Positions 1 through 11,672 of a stretch of 64,000 nucleotides of DNA are shown piece by piece. Within the stretch, counting starts at the first letter, position 1, and the number at the start of each line of letters is the position of its first letter. A program made the position numbers and the translations under genes. The notes below the pieces were generated by a model. The model was not told the DNA's origin and made no database searches. It saw only the letters and a list, made by a program, of their open reading frames with translations. The stretch covers positions 100,502,001-100,566,000 of the forward strand of contig NC_043004.1 in assembly GCF_006345805.1 (NCBI RefSeq), given 5' to 3'. This DNA is from Octopus sinensis (taxonomy: Eukaryota).

Positions 1-81
1 ACTCATCAGATGCTGGATGTAAGAGTGGACGATGAAACATTTTTACTCATAGCAGGGTGAATGTGTACGTGACTGTATGTA

Positions 82-1359
82 TTGGGTTGGCAACTAAGTT
101 CCCGCCGTCTTTTTAAATTTTGGAATCTATTTTCTCGAGAGCTCTATATTTGAATCATTTTGGAATCTATTTTGTTTTTTAGCTTTTTATTTATTTTTGG
201 GGGAGTGGGGGGTCTTTTTTCTAGTTAATTTTAGTTAATTTTTGTTTATTTTCAGATCATTGAAATGGAATGTCAAGTTAAGAAAAACGAGCATTTTCGA
301 CACCTCCTCCTTTTTGCTTTTAATCAAGGTTCTGAGGCTGCAAAAGCTGCTCGCGACATATGTGATGTGTATGGAGAGGGTGCCATAGCTGAAAGAACCG
401 CTCGTGATTGGTCTGCCAAGTACAAAAATGGAAATTTTGACCTCAAAGATGCACCTTGTTCGATGAAGAGCGATGAAACCGACTTTTGCACGAAATTTCT
501 CGTCACACCACAAGGGTACTGGTAAAGAAAATGGAATGCTCCCACACTGCTATAGAGAAGCATCTTCACTCGGTGGGAAAGGTTTAAAAGTATGGGGAAT
601 GGGTTCCGCATGCTATAAGTTACAGCAAAAATCTACGAGCCATAATCTCCGCTGGTTTGATTGCTCGTCACCGCCCAACTCATGGACACAAGCAACGATT
701 TCTTTACGGAATCGTTACTGGCGACGAAAAATGGTGCCTGTACATTAATGTTAAGCAGCGTAAGAAATGGCTTAGCCCCAGTAAACAAGCGACACCGCGT
801 GTGAAACAAGATCTTCATCCGCTTATAACGATGTTGTGCATATGGTGGGACTGGAAAGGGATTATCCATTACGAATTGCTTGACCGGAACCAAACGGTAA
901 ACGCGGAACTCTATGTTCAACAGATGGAACGACTCAACACGGCTATTCAAGAAAAAAGACCTAATCATCAGCATGAAGTTCTGCTCCACGACAACGCCCG
1001 CCCTCATATCGCCAATATGACCAAGGTAGCCATTCAAACGCATGGCTGGGAAGTGCTATCACAACCACCGTAGTCTCTTGATTCAGCACTAACGGATTTG
1101 TACCTCTTTCGATCTCTTTCAAATGCTATGCGCGGAGTTTCGTTCAATACTGATGCAGAATTGAGAGCCTGGTTGGATCAATTTTTCGAGTCAAAATCGG
1201 GTGACTTCTACCAACGAGTTATTGAAAATCTTGTTGAACTTTAGGAAGAAGTTGTAAACAAGGGTGAATACATTATTGATTAATTAGTTGTTATTTTTTA
1301 TTAAAACTTTTAAAATCTTTAAATTTTAAAAACCGGCGGGAACTTAGTTGCCAACCCAA
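82..1359 (+). mobile_element. Full-length but defective mariner transposon (D,D34D; mellifera-subfamily-like)
   Basis: Perfect 26-bp TIRs TTGGGTTGGCAACTAAGTTCCCGCCG at 82-107 and 1334-1359, TA on both sides, 1278 bp long, transposase remnants inside. Confidence 0.95.
265..1283 (+). pseudogene. Mariner transposase pseudogene
   Basis: ORFs 265-525 and 657-1073 plus linking frames give the N-terminal HTH region, WVPHA, TGDEKW, HDNARPH and a degraded YSPDLAPSD (*SLDSALTD). 34 residues separate the 2nd and 3rd D. A deletion/frameshift near 460 and internal stops are present. Confidence 0.93.
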
Positions 1360-1918
1360 TATATTTGTCGGGTTATATGACAAAAAAACTACTTGAATGT
1401 CTAGCTTGGTAGAAGACAGTACTAAGAGACACCCTGTCATATCATAAATACCTGACCTAAAAGTCCTTCTGCATTGACTGCGTTGTTAATCAATAACAAA
1501 ATACTGAAAATACCTCAAACAGTGACTTCTAAAGAGTCTGTTAATTCTCTATACAATACAGTTGTTTTTGTGTTTTGGCCCATATTACCGAACAAGTAAA
1601 GAGTTAAGATTCTTACTATATTCTCGATACCAAATAATCATTTTTTTTCCACAACTGCCCTTCCGGCAATCAGATGAACTGTGGAAAAACATGTCTGTCA
1701 AAAGGTAGTAAGAGCTATTCGACGTCAACGAATATCTGTAGATATCACAGACTAGGTTGATAACTTCGCATCATTAGCTACAGCAGCTTGAATGAACCTT
1801 CACCACGGATAGTGCAAGCTGCAGTATGATGTAGTAATAAGCGAAACATCAGTTTTTTAAAAGTTGAAGAGCAAACACTTCAGCCTGGTGAAACGCGGCT
1901 TTGGTCACGTTGTAATAT

Positions 1919-2220
1919 CACGTGATCACGTGACCGACCAGACCATCAGATGTTGTCACACATCGCTGGTCACAATGCGTTCGCATTGTTTTAGCCTACG
2001 AATGACGCCACCCCGCTGGCTAAGCGAGCAGGCCAACTGAAGAAAGAGTGAGAGAAAGAGTGGTGAAGGAGTACAGCAGGGATCACCACCAACCCCTGCC
2101 GGAGCCTCGTGGAGCTTGTAGGTGCCTTCGCTCAATAAACACACACAACGCCCGGTCTGGGAATCAAAACCGCGATCCTACGACCGCAAGTCCGCTAGCC
2201 ACTAGGCCATTGCGCCTCCA
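1919..2220 (-). mobile_element. tRNA-derived SINE, family D, tail type 1
   Basis: Minus strand begins GTGGAGGCGCAATGGCCTAGTGG (A box) with a B-box-like segment and ends in CACGTGAT repeats. 13-bp TSD CACGTTGTAATAT at 1906-1918 and 2221-2233. A second copy lies at 29344-29638. Confidence 0.9.
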
Positions 2221-3546
2221 CACGTTGTAATATACTTTGGAAATTATATACACGTTCAATACCGCTTTCCTACATTTCGTTAACAAATTGCTCACAGTTA
2301 ATTCTTAGTCCCTCTTATGATTCCCTATTAACCAAAAGTTCTAAACGGAAACAAATCTGAAGCCTGTTCTTGGCTTTTATGCAATGACTTCCTTCACGCT
2401 GTGTGTGTAGACATGGGCTTCTTGCGTCACACTTTTATCTGAATCCCTCTCAGCATAACCAAAATCTTCAGAGGTGGCTCAAGAACCAAAACAATAGGAG
2501 ACGATAGGAGACGACAATCCTGAAGATCGATGCGATGTTCAACCACTTGTACATTAAATCAATGGGCAGTATTGAATGTTTATTAACGTGGAGTAGCTCT
2601 ACATAAGTACATATACCTACATGAATACACATACATACATACCTATGTATTAAATATGAATACACACACAAATACACACACATACACATACAAACATATA
2701 TGTGTGTTTGTGCGTGTATGGGGGCGTATGCATCTATATTTCAATCGATACACTTCACATTAGCCTATATCGGATAATCGCAAATCGTCGTGCCACAAGG
2801 TGAATGGTATGAAAACTGGATTTGGGTTAAAATCTTTCTATACATCTCACATTTCCCAAATCAGACAGGTAGCATACATTTCTAGGTATCTGTACATAAT
2901 ATCTTTATATACTGTGCACTTAGTTAAATTTAATGGCGGAAGTATATATTACAAATAATTATTTGGTGCAGTTAAAACAGTTTCTGATAAATATTATTTT
3001 AACCCTTTTAGCAACGAGTGGAGGCAATTTTAGACATATTTGTTCTTATCGATATCATCAGAGAAGCATACCTGCCGGATGTGTGGTGGTAGCAATAATG
3101 GTGTGTGTGTAGTGGTGGTGGGGGAATCATTAAATTTTAAATGTTGCACTGTTACGTGCAGAAAAATATAACATTATACAGTACGAATTCCGCAGTGACG
3201 TGATCAGTATAAAGAACAGTTAAATTAGTGTTTCACATACATACTCACACGATCATATACACACACACACTCACTAACACACACACACCCACACGCACAC
3301 ACACACACGCACGCACGCTGACTCATTCACACACATGCACGCACAAACAAACAAACAAACAATCATGCACACACACTCAAATATGCACTTATATACATAT
3401 AGGGACACACATACATACAATCATACATCGATATACATTCGTATATATATGTTTATAAATATATGTATATGCATATATATATATGTGTGTGTATGTGTAT
3501 ATATATGTATATATACACATACATAAAAACGTACATACATACGTAT

Positions 3547-3593
<47 letters not shown>

Positions 3594-3669
3594 CACATCT
3601 ATATATGTACGTATGCATATATATAATATAATATATATCTATGTGTGTGTGTGTGTGTGCGTATGCATG

Positions 3670-3713
<44 letters not shown>

Positions 3714-3716
<3 letters not shown>

Positions 3717-4165
3717 GGAGTGGCTATGTAGTAAGATGCTTTCTTCCGAATCACATGGTTCCGGGTTCAGATCCGGTGCGTGGCATTTTTTGCAAATGTC
3801 CGCTACTGTAGTCTCCGAATGACCAAAACCTTGTCAGTGGATTTGGTAGAGAGCAACAAAGAAGCCTGTCGTGTGTGTGTGAATGTGTGAGTGTGTGAAA
3901 GTGTGTGTGTGCGTGCATGTGTGGGTGTGTGCGTGTGTGTGTGTGTGTAAATTTGTATGAGTGCGTCTTTATGTCTGAGTTTGAACACCACCAGACTTCC
4001 ACCGGTGCTCGTGTAACTAATTCCCATAACCTAGCGGTTCGGTAAAACAGACTGAATAAGCACCTGGCTTTAAAAAAAATTTATAAGTACTGGAGTCGGT
4101 TCGTTCGGCGATACTCCAGCAAGGCCGCAGTCTGACTGAAACAAGTAAAACATAAAAGATAAAAC
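3714..4165 (+). mobile_element. SINE family A, diverged copy
   Basis: Matches the ~400-bp family seen more than 12 times in the window: tRNA-like head GGAGTGGCTGTGTGGTAAG...GGTTCAG, internal TA/TG microsatellite, tail GACTGAAACAAGTAAAAGA. Confidence 0.8.
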
Positions 4166-4824
4166 GCATACTTGTGTGTGTATGTATGTGCGCGGATGTA
4201 TGTATACATATAACTAAATATCGATGATTGTTTTTTAAACAAAACTTACTTAGTACAATTCAATAAAAGTTATATATTGAAGAGAAGCAAATCTCAAACT
4301 AAATGTGTATTGTACTCAAATGCTACAAAATCAAAAACGTAACAAAACAAAACCCTGCGCTGTTTTTGTTATTGACGCCAGGTAGTTGGCCTTGTGAATA
4401 CAAGACATTAGATCAATGAGAAAGCAAATATTTATGGACAATTAATGGCAAACATTGTTTTGTTTTCCTACATTTTAGATTGGTCCGTGATACCCAAGTA
4501 GAATTTATAGGTGCATTTCGGGTGCATTAATGGAATTATTTGCTCTGTAACATGTTCGTATCTGTATTTTTATAGATTAAGTAATTGTGGTTGAAATAAA
4601 ATTTACGTTTTCTCCTTCCCTGTGTGTACTGTACAGATCTACAGCGCTGCGCTCTGCTGTACTGGAATATAAATCTGTCCAGGTGGTTCAGTCATTAGGC
4701 TTGACTGTGATTCTCTCCAGGATTTGAATTACTTTTTAATGACTCCGAGTACACGCACGTGTATAGTTGTGTGTGTGCGTCTGTGTCTGTGTTTGTGTGC
4801 GTCTGTCTGATACACACAAACGCA

Positions 4825-4869
<45 letters not shown>

Positions 4870-4874
<5 letters not shown>

Positions 4875-4991
4875 TAGATAGATAGATATATAGATAGATA
4901 GATAGATAGATAGATAGGAGAGAGAGATAGACAGACAATAGATAGATATATAGATAGATAGATAGATTAGACAGTAGATAGATAGATAGAT

Positions 4992-5042
<51 letters not shown>

Positions 5043-5050
5043 TAGAATAT
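4870..5050. repeat. (GATA)n microsatellite
   Basis: Visible tetranucleotide array following a (TA)n tract. Confidence 0.95.
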
Positions 5051-5074
5051 AGATAGATGTGTAGATACGCATGA

Positions 5075-5105
<31 letters not shown>

Positions 5106-5450
5106 TACACATATATATATACACCCACACATATGTGTGTGTGGGTGGGTGTGTACGTGTGTGAAAATTGATTGGTGACTGTTGGTACTGCTACCTTCGG
5201 TTACTTTCAGAGTAAAAGGCGGAGAGAAAGATAAACATGTGTATACATATATTTCGTCTTTTACTTATTTCAGTTAGTCAGCGGCCATGTTGGACCACCG
5301 CCTTCAAGAAAATTTTAAGCTTGGTATTTATGCTATCGATATCTTTTGCCGAATTGCTAAGTTACGGGGGAGTGAGCAGACCAACACCGGTTGTCATATG
5401 GTTATGGGGAATAAACAAAAATGCACGCACACACATACACAAACATATAT

Positions 5451-5738
5451 GTTTCTTTATTAGCCACACAGGGTTGCACACAGAGGGGACAGATTACAAA
5501 GTAGAGCTTTTCTTTGGGGGGGGGGAGAAAAAAAAAGTGGGGTAGGTTTTCGATCAAAAGGGGTCGTAAGATGGAATAAAGAAAAAAAAGAAAAAAGGAA
5601 AAGAAACAAAAGAAAAGAAAAAAGAAAAAAGAAGAAAGAAAGGAAAAAAGGAAAAAAAAAAGAAAAATAACGATCAATAGGGATCGTGTATCACAGTGTC
5701 ATGGTGTACGGTGTAAAGGGGGAAGCAGATATGGTTCA
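5451..5738 (-). mobile_element. 3' end (~290 bp) of an L1/Tx1-like LINE
   Basis: Homologous to 5967-6240. Minus strand ends TGTCCCCTCTGTGTGCAACCCTGTGTGGCTAATAAAGAAAC (contains AATAAA). Confidence 0.75.
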
Positions 5739-5739
5739 G

Positions 5740-5799
5740 ACAGGCAGATAGACAGATAGATAGACAGATAGATAGACAGATAGACAGGCAGAAAGACAA

Positions 5800-5864
<65 letters not shown>

Positions 5865-5878
5865 AGACAGACAGACAA

Positions 5879-5941
<63 letters not shown>

Positions 5942-5966
5942 AATAGATAGATAGATAGATAGATAT
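5740..5966. repeat. (GATA/GACA)n microsatellite between the two LINE 3' ends
   Basis: Visible array. Confidence 0.95.
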
Positions 5967-7010
5967 GTTTCTTTATTAGCCACACAGGCTGCACACAGAT
6001 AGAACAAATACAAGGTAGAGCTTTTTCTTGAAGGTATTAAAAAAAAAAAAAAAAAAAAAAGGAAGGGAGGTCGATCAAAAAGGGATCGATAAAGAGAGAA
6101 AGAGGACAAAATAAGGGGGTTAAAAAAAAAATAAAAAAAAATTAAAAAAATAAAATAAAAAAAGGGGGGGGGGGAGGGAAAAAAAATGATCAATAGGGAT
6201 CGTTATCACAGAAAGAAATGTCAATATGAAGTGTAAAGGGGAGGACAGGTGAGGTTACCGTGGAAAGAAAAGCTGCGGAAAAGACCACGGTAACCTCGGT
6301 CAATGAGTCACATTTTAGATTTCTGTTTTTTTTTTTTTTTTTTTTGCAAATAAGCAACTCTCTGTTTTCGATTTCTGGGTTCATAGGACTAGCTCAAGGT
6401 GGCTTCGTCATTCATACTGCCATTCTTGCTACATTCACCCATCTTTTTTTTAAAACATTCGCTAGACAAAACTTGCCTCTCTACTCTCACTTCCTTTTCA
6501 AGTGGTACTTGAAGAAGTTGATGAGAGATTGACCAGAGAGGAAAGTGTTGTCTCCAATCTTTCAGACGCGTCCACCAGATACATTCCTTTCGCCATAGCC
6601 ACAAGGATGACAAACATATCTCTTCCTTCCCGTTTGAAGGAAGGATGCGTGACAATATTGACGATAGACTCGCTGATAACCGACTCGTCCCACACGTGAA
6701 AGCAGTTGTTTCGACATAAGCCCACAGGTCGGAAATAAATTGTTGAGACACGAACGAGTGCGTGCAGACAGAACGGTTTCGTCGCTCTGACCGCATCTCG
6801 GGCAGGTCGGCCCCGTGTTTCTCGAGCGTGTCTGTAGAGCTTATCCCGAACGGGTAGTAAAGCGTTCTCGGTAGCACTGCCAGGCCAGGGATCTCTGGAA
6901 GTTGTCCATGGGCCCTGGCCCGAAGTCGTCCCGAACAGGCGGTCAGGTACTCCTCGTCGACGTCCAGGTTCGCCGAGCTCGTCGTCGTACCTCCCCTCCA
7001 CTAAACCCTA
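5967..7010 (-). mobile_element. 5'-truncated L1/Tx1-like LINE: ORF2 C-terminus (zf-RVT-type CCHC) plus 3'UTR
   Basis: Joining frames gives PMDNFQRSLAWQCYR..LPVRDKLYRH..PTCPRCGQSDETVL(H)ALV..DLWAYVE..ESIVNIV..SFKREG..WWTRLK..KEVRVERQVLSSECFKK. The C-x2-C..ET..H motif is typical of the L1/Tx1 ORF2 end. Many frameshifts; the 3'UTR ends in AATAAAGAAAC. Confidence 0.85.
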
Positions 7011-7012
7011 TA

Positions 7013-7073
7013 GAAGATAGATAGATAGATAGATGATAGATAATAGATAGATAGATAGATAGATAGATAGATG

Positions 7074-7162
<89 letters not shown>

Positions 7163-7173
7163 CAGACAGACAA

Positions 7174-7256
<83 letters not shown>
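7013..7256. repeat. (GATA/GACA)n microsatellite
   Basis: Visible array at the LINE 5' junction. Confidence 0.95.
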
Positions 7257-7889
7257 CAACGAGCTTCTTCCAGTTACTGTCTAGCAAGTCTCCTCACAAA
7301 AGTTGTGCTTGACCTGAAGGCATAGCAGAAGAAACTTGCCGAAGGTGCCACGCAGTAGCACTTAACCTGATATTACCTGAAATAACACGATTGCAAAGCA
7401 AACGTCTTCCCAAAACACCACACACACATATACACACACACATACACACACACAAATATCCTTAAATATTCAGAAACGTATATATATTTGAGTATGTGTA
7501 TGTATGCATGTACTTATGTATGCATATATACATGCATGTATGTGTGTGTGTGTGTGTGTGGATGTATTTGCTTTGTGCATGTGTGTGTATGCTTGTCTGT
7601 GCGCGTAAATCTGTGTGTGTGTGTGTATGTGTGTGTGTTTCTGTTCTCAATTAATGATTAGGATTTAAATGTAGATTATAAAAGTCTTTATAGACACTAA
7701 TCTAAGACAGAAATTAACGGGCTCTCGGACTGGACCGCACGTATATCACTTCAGATGTGAATAATTCAACGATCACACATCAAAGGATGTCTGCCATTGA
7801 AATTTGACTTCACTGCTAGAAACTAAATATGTTACTTCAATAATGGTCATATTTAGGGCAGCGAGCAGGCAAGAGTGACGAGCTGTAAT

Positions 7890-8530
7890 GGGAGAGGAGC
7901 TGGCAGAAATATTAGCAACCCGGGGCAAAACGTTTAGCAGCATTTCGTCCTTCTTTGCTTTCTGAGTTCAAATTCCGTCGAGGTCGACTTTGCCTTTTAT
8001 CCTTTCAGGGTCGATAAACTAAGTACCAGTTGGGTACTGAGGTCCTTGTAATGGACTTAACCCCTCCCCCAAATTTTCGGGCTTATAGTAGAAAGGATTA
8101 ACATCATTTGAGAGTTGACAGAATTGTTAGCAGGCCCAGCGAAATGCTTAGCGTTATTTTGTCTATCTTTATGTTCTAGGTTCAAATACCACTGAGGTCG
8201 ACTTTGCCTTTCATCCCTTCGGGGTTAATAAATTAAGTACCAGTTGAGTACTGGGTCGATGTAATCGACTAGTCCGTTCCCCCAAAATTTCAGTAGAATG
8301 GATTATTTACTATTATTTACTCAGGCGGCGAGCTGGCAGATCGTTAGAACACCGGGCAAAATACTTAGCGGCATTCTTTATGTTCTAGTTTCGAATTATG
8401 CCGAGGTCGACTATGCTTTTCAAACTTTTGGGGTCGTAAATTAAGTACGACTCAAACACTTTCTTCTATGTGATCGACTCATCCACTTCCCAGAAATTGC
8501 TGGCCTTGTGCCAAAATTTGGCACCGATAA
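7890..8530 (+). mobile_element. Three old head-to-tail SINE family B copies (short-tail variant)
   Basis: GAGCTGGCAGAA..TTAGC..GAGTTCAAATTCC..GAGGTCGACTTTGCCTTTCATCCTTTCGGGGTCGATAAA..AAGTACCAG recurs three times, ending in CCCCCAAAATT-type tails. Confidence 0.8.
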
Positions 8531-9120
8531 TAATCATATTTAGCAAACTAGTTCATTAAGAAAATTTCTAATAGAAATGGAAGCAGTATTTATCCTGAGA
8601 ATTAATTTTTATCGCCACTTAAACGTGGGTGTTCTTTCAGAACAGATGATACTGCTATTTTAACAACAGGAGGACGCTTCCCCCAACTGGTAATACAGTG
8701 GGATTCGTATTCGATATATATTACTTGAGGGTAAAGAACTCCATACCATCCTAGCTCGGAGACCACTATATCACGTGATTTCTATCTTATTAGATCATAT
8801 TCAGTGATGGTACAGAAAATTTAATTTCCCCAGTTCCCAGTTGACAGGCATTGTTCTGCTACCTAAAGTAACCATGTAGCGAACTTCATATCCGTATTTA
8901 AATTAAAGTCAGTAATATGAATAATCATAAAGTAATGACGAAGCTCTAAATATAAATAATGTAACGTAATGTATACACTAACCTAACATATTAAAAGTGC
9001 GGGATGTCTAACGGGAATTGAGCATTTTATATGTATTACTGGGAGACAGCGTCAGCGATTATAATTTCAGAGAATCTTTCAAAATTAGTCCAATTCATTT
9101 ATACGTATCGTTATAAATAT

Positions 9121-9516
9121 GGATATGGAAGCACTCCGTCGGTTACGACGACGAGGGTTCCGGTTGATCCGAATCAACGGAACAGCCTGCTCGTGAAATT
9201 AACGTGTAAGTGGCTGAGCACTCCACAGACACGTGTACCCTTAACGCAGTTCTCGGGGATATTCAGCGTGACACAGAGAGTGACAAGGCCGGCCCCTTGA
9301 AATACAGGTACAACAGAAACAGGAAGTAAGAGTGAGAGTGAGAGAAAGTTGTGGTGAAAGAGTACAGCAGGGATCACCACCACCCCCTGCCGGAGCCTCG
9401 TGGAGCTTTAGGTGTTTTCGCTCAATAAACACTCACAACGCCCCGTCTGGGAATCGAAACCGCGATCCTATGACCGCGAGTCCGCTGCCCTAACCACTGG
9501 GCCATTGCACCTCCAC
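9121..9516 (-). mobile_element. SINE with family D head and family C tail (tail type 2)
   Basis: Head and body match 1919-2220; the 3' ~190 bp matches the family C tail at 42060-42243. 12-bp TSD CGTTATAAATAT at 9109-9120 and 9517-9528. Confidence 0.9.
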
Positions 9517-9543
9517 CGTTATAAATATATGTGGTATATGTGG

Positions 9544-9897
9544 GTGAAGGAGTGTGGCGTAGTGGCTAGGGTAGATGGCTCACGATCGTAAGGTCGTCAG
9601 CTCAATTCTCTGCGACCTGTTTTCTCTTTGAACAAGACACTTTATTTCACGTTGCTCCAGTTCACTTAACTGGTAAAAATGAGTTGTACCTGTATTTCAA
9701 AGAGCCAACCTTTTCTCATCTTGTGTCACGATGAATCTCCCTGAGATCTACGTTAAACGTAACCAACCACATGGTTCCGGGTTCAGTCCCACTGCGTGGC
9801 ACCTTAGGCAAGTGTCTTCTACTATAACCTCGGGCCGACCAAAGCCTTGTGAGTGGATTTGGTAGACGGAAACTGAAAGAAGCCTGTCGTATATATG

Positions 9898-9928
<31 letters not shown>

Positions 9929-10250
9929 TTGTGTGTCTGTGTTTGTCCCCCTAGCATTGCTTGACAACCGATGCTGGTGTGTTTATGTCACTGTCACTTA
10001 GCGGTTCGGCAAAAGAGACCGATAGAATAAGTACTGTGCTTACAACGAATAAGTCCCGGGGTCGATTTGCTCGACTAAAGGCGGTGCTCCAGCATGGCCA
10101 CAGTCAAATGACTGAAACAAGTAAAAGAGTAAAAGAGAGAGTAAAGAGTGCCTGTGGAATGCTAGTTCGCTTGGTCCTTAATTTCACGAGCAAAGTGTTC
10201 CGTTGATCAGATTATCTAGAACACGCATCGTCGTAAACGAAGGAGCGCAA
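9544..10250 (+). mobile_element. SINE family C interrupted by a SINE A
   Basis: 9544-9760 and 10150-10250 are colinear with the intact family C copy at 41921-42245. Confidence 0.75.
9761..10149 (+). mobile_element. 5'-truncated SINE family A nested in SINE C
   Basis: Starts abruptly at AACCAACCACATGG and runs to the AGTAAAAG tail. Confidence 0.88.
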
Positions 10251-10399
10251 GTTTTAGATATTAGTGGAGATTGAGTTGTCTGCACAGAGAAGCAAATTTC
10301 ATATGCTGTTCAGCATAACTACTAAAGTTACTCTCATCTCTTTCGAGCTATAAAAACGAATGTTAACCCGCGATGTAAATCCAGTTGTCATACATTTAT

Positions 10400-11048
10400 G
10401 AAGTAAGAAGGTTGCTTCCCAGCCATATGGTTCAGTTGTCAGTCCCACAGTACGGCACCTTGAGAAAGTGTGTTCTACTATAGCCTCGGGCCGATCAAGG
10501 CCTTGTGAGTGGATTTGGTAGTCGGAAACTGAAAGAAGCCCGTCGAATATATTTGCTTACCAACCACATGGTTCCGGGTTCAGTCCCACTGCGTGGCACC
10601 TTAGGCAAGTGTCTTCTACTATAGCCTCGGAGCGACCAAAGCCTTGTGAGTGGATTTGGTAGTCGGAAACTGAAAGAAGCCCGTCGAATATATTTGCTTA
10701 CCAACCACATGGTTCCGGGTTCAGTCCCACTGCGTGGCACCTTAGGCAAGTGTCTTCTACTATAGCCTCGGAGCGACCAAAGCCTTGTGAATGGATTTGG
10801 TAGACGGAAACTGAAAGAAGCCCGTCGTATATATGTATATATATATATGTGTATGTGTGCGTTTGTCCCCCCAACATCGCTTGACAACCGATGCTGGTGT
10901 GTTTACGTCCACGTAACTTAGCGGTTCGGCAAAGAGACCGATAAAATAAGTACTAGGCTTACAAAGAATAAGACCTGGGGTCGATTTGCTCGACTAAAGG
11001 CGGTGCACCAGCATGGTTGCAGTCAAATGACTGAAACAAGTAAAAGAG
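10400..11048 (+). mobile_element. SINE family A with triplicated 141-bp 5' module
   Basis: CCCGTCG occurs at 10539, 10680 and 10821 (period 141), followed by one 3' half. Confidence 0.88.
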
Positions 11049-11260
11049 TGTGTGTGTGTGTGTGTGTATGTATGTATTTATGTGTGTGTATTTCTATGCT
11101 AGACTATATTGTTGTGTCTGGGAAATTTCAGCTTTTGTCGCTTTGGATTCTTTTCATGTATAAAATCATATTTCCTTTTCTTATATACTGATTAACGTCG
11201 TCATCCTGATATAATCAAACGTTTTAGCCGTTATACTTTCCAGCCTTCTTCAGATGTTAT

Positions 11261-11672
11261 TACTCTTTTACTCTCTTTTACTTGTTTCAGTCATTTGACT
11301 GCGGCCATGCTGGAGCAACGCCTTTAGTCGAGGAAATCGACCCCGGGACTTATTCTTTGTAAGCCCAGTACTTATTCTATCGATCTCTTTTGCCGAACCA
11401 CTAAGTGACGGGGACGTAAACACACCAGCATCAGTTGTCAAGCAATGCTAGGGAGACAAACACAGACACACAAACATATACACAGACTTATATATATATA
11501 TATATATACGACAGGCTTCTTTCAGTTTCCGTCTACCAAATCCACTCACAAGGCATTGGTCGGCCCGGGGCTATAGCAGAAGACACTTGCCCAAGGTGCC
11601 ACGCAGTGGGACTGAACCCGGAACCATGTGGTTGGTTAGCAAGCCACTTACCACACAGCCACTCCTGCGCCT
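11261..11672 (-). mobile_element. Full-length SINE family A
   Basis: Minus strand runs from AGGCGCAGGAGTGGCTGTGTGG to the AGTAAAAGAG tail. Confidence 0.9.

Larger units (their letters stand above)
5252..7415 (-). mobile_element. SINE family A copy split by nested LINE insertions
   Basis: The 3' half lies at 5252-5450 and the 5' half at ~7257-7415, both on the minus strand. Its internal microsatellite is replaced by two LINE 3' fragments and (GATA)n arrays. Confidence 0.7.

Noticed and set aside
1-60. CTGATGAG on the minus strand at the window edge (possible hammerhead core)
   Set aside because: The rest of the motif would lie outside the window; it cannot be evaluated.
10400-10830. Regularly spaced repeats as a possible CRISPR array
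   Set aside because: Whole units are duplicated SINE segments with no unique spacers, the context is eukaryotic, and there are no cas genes.
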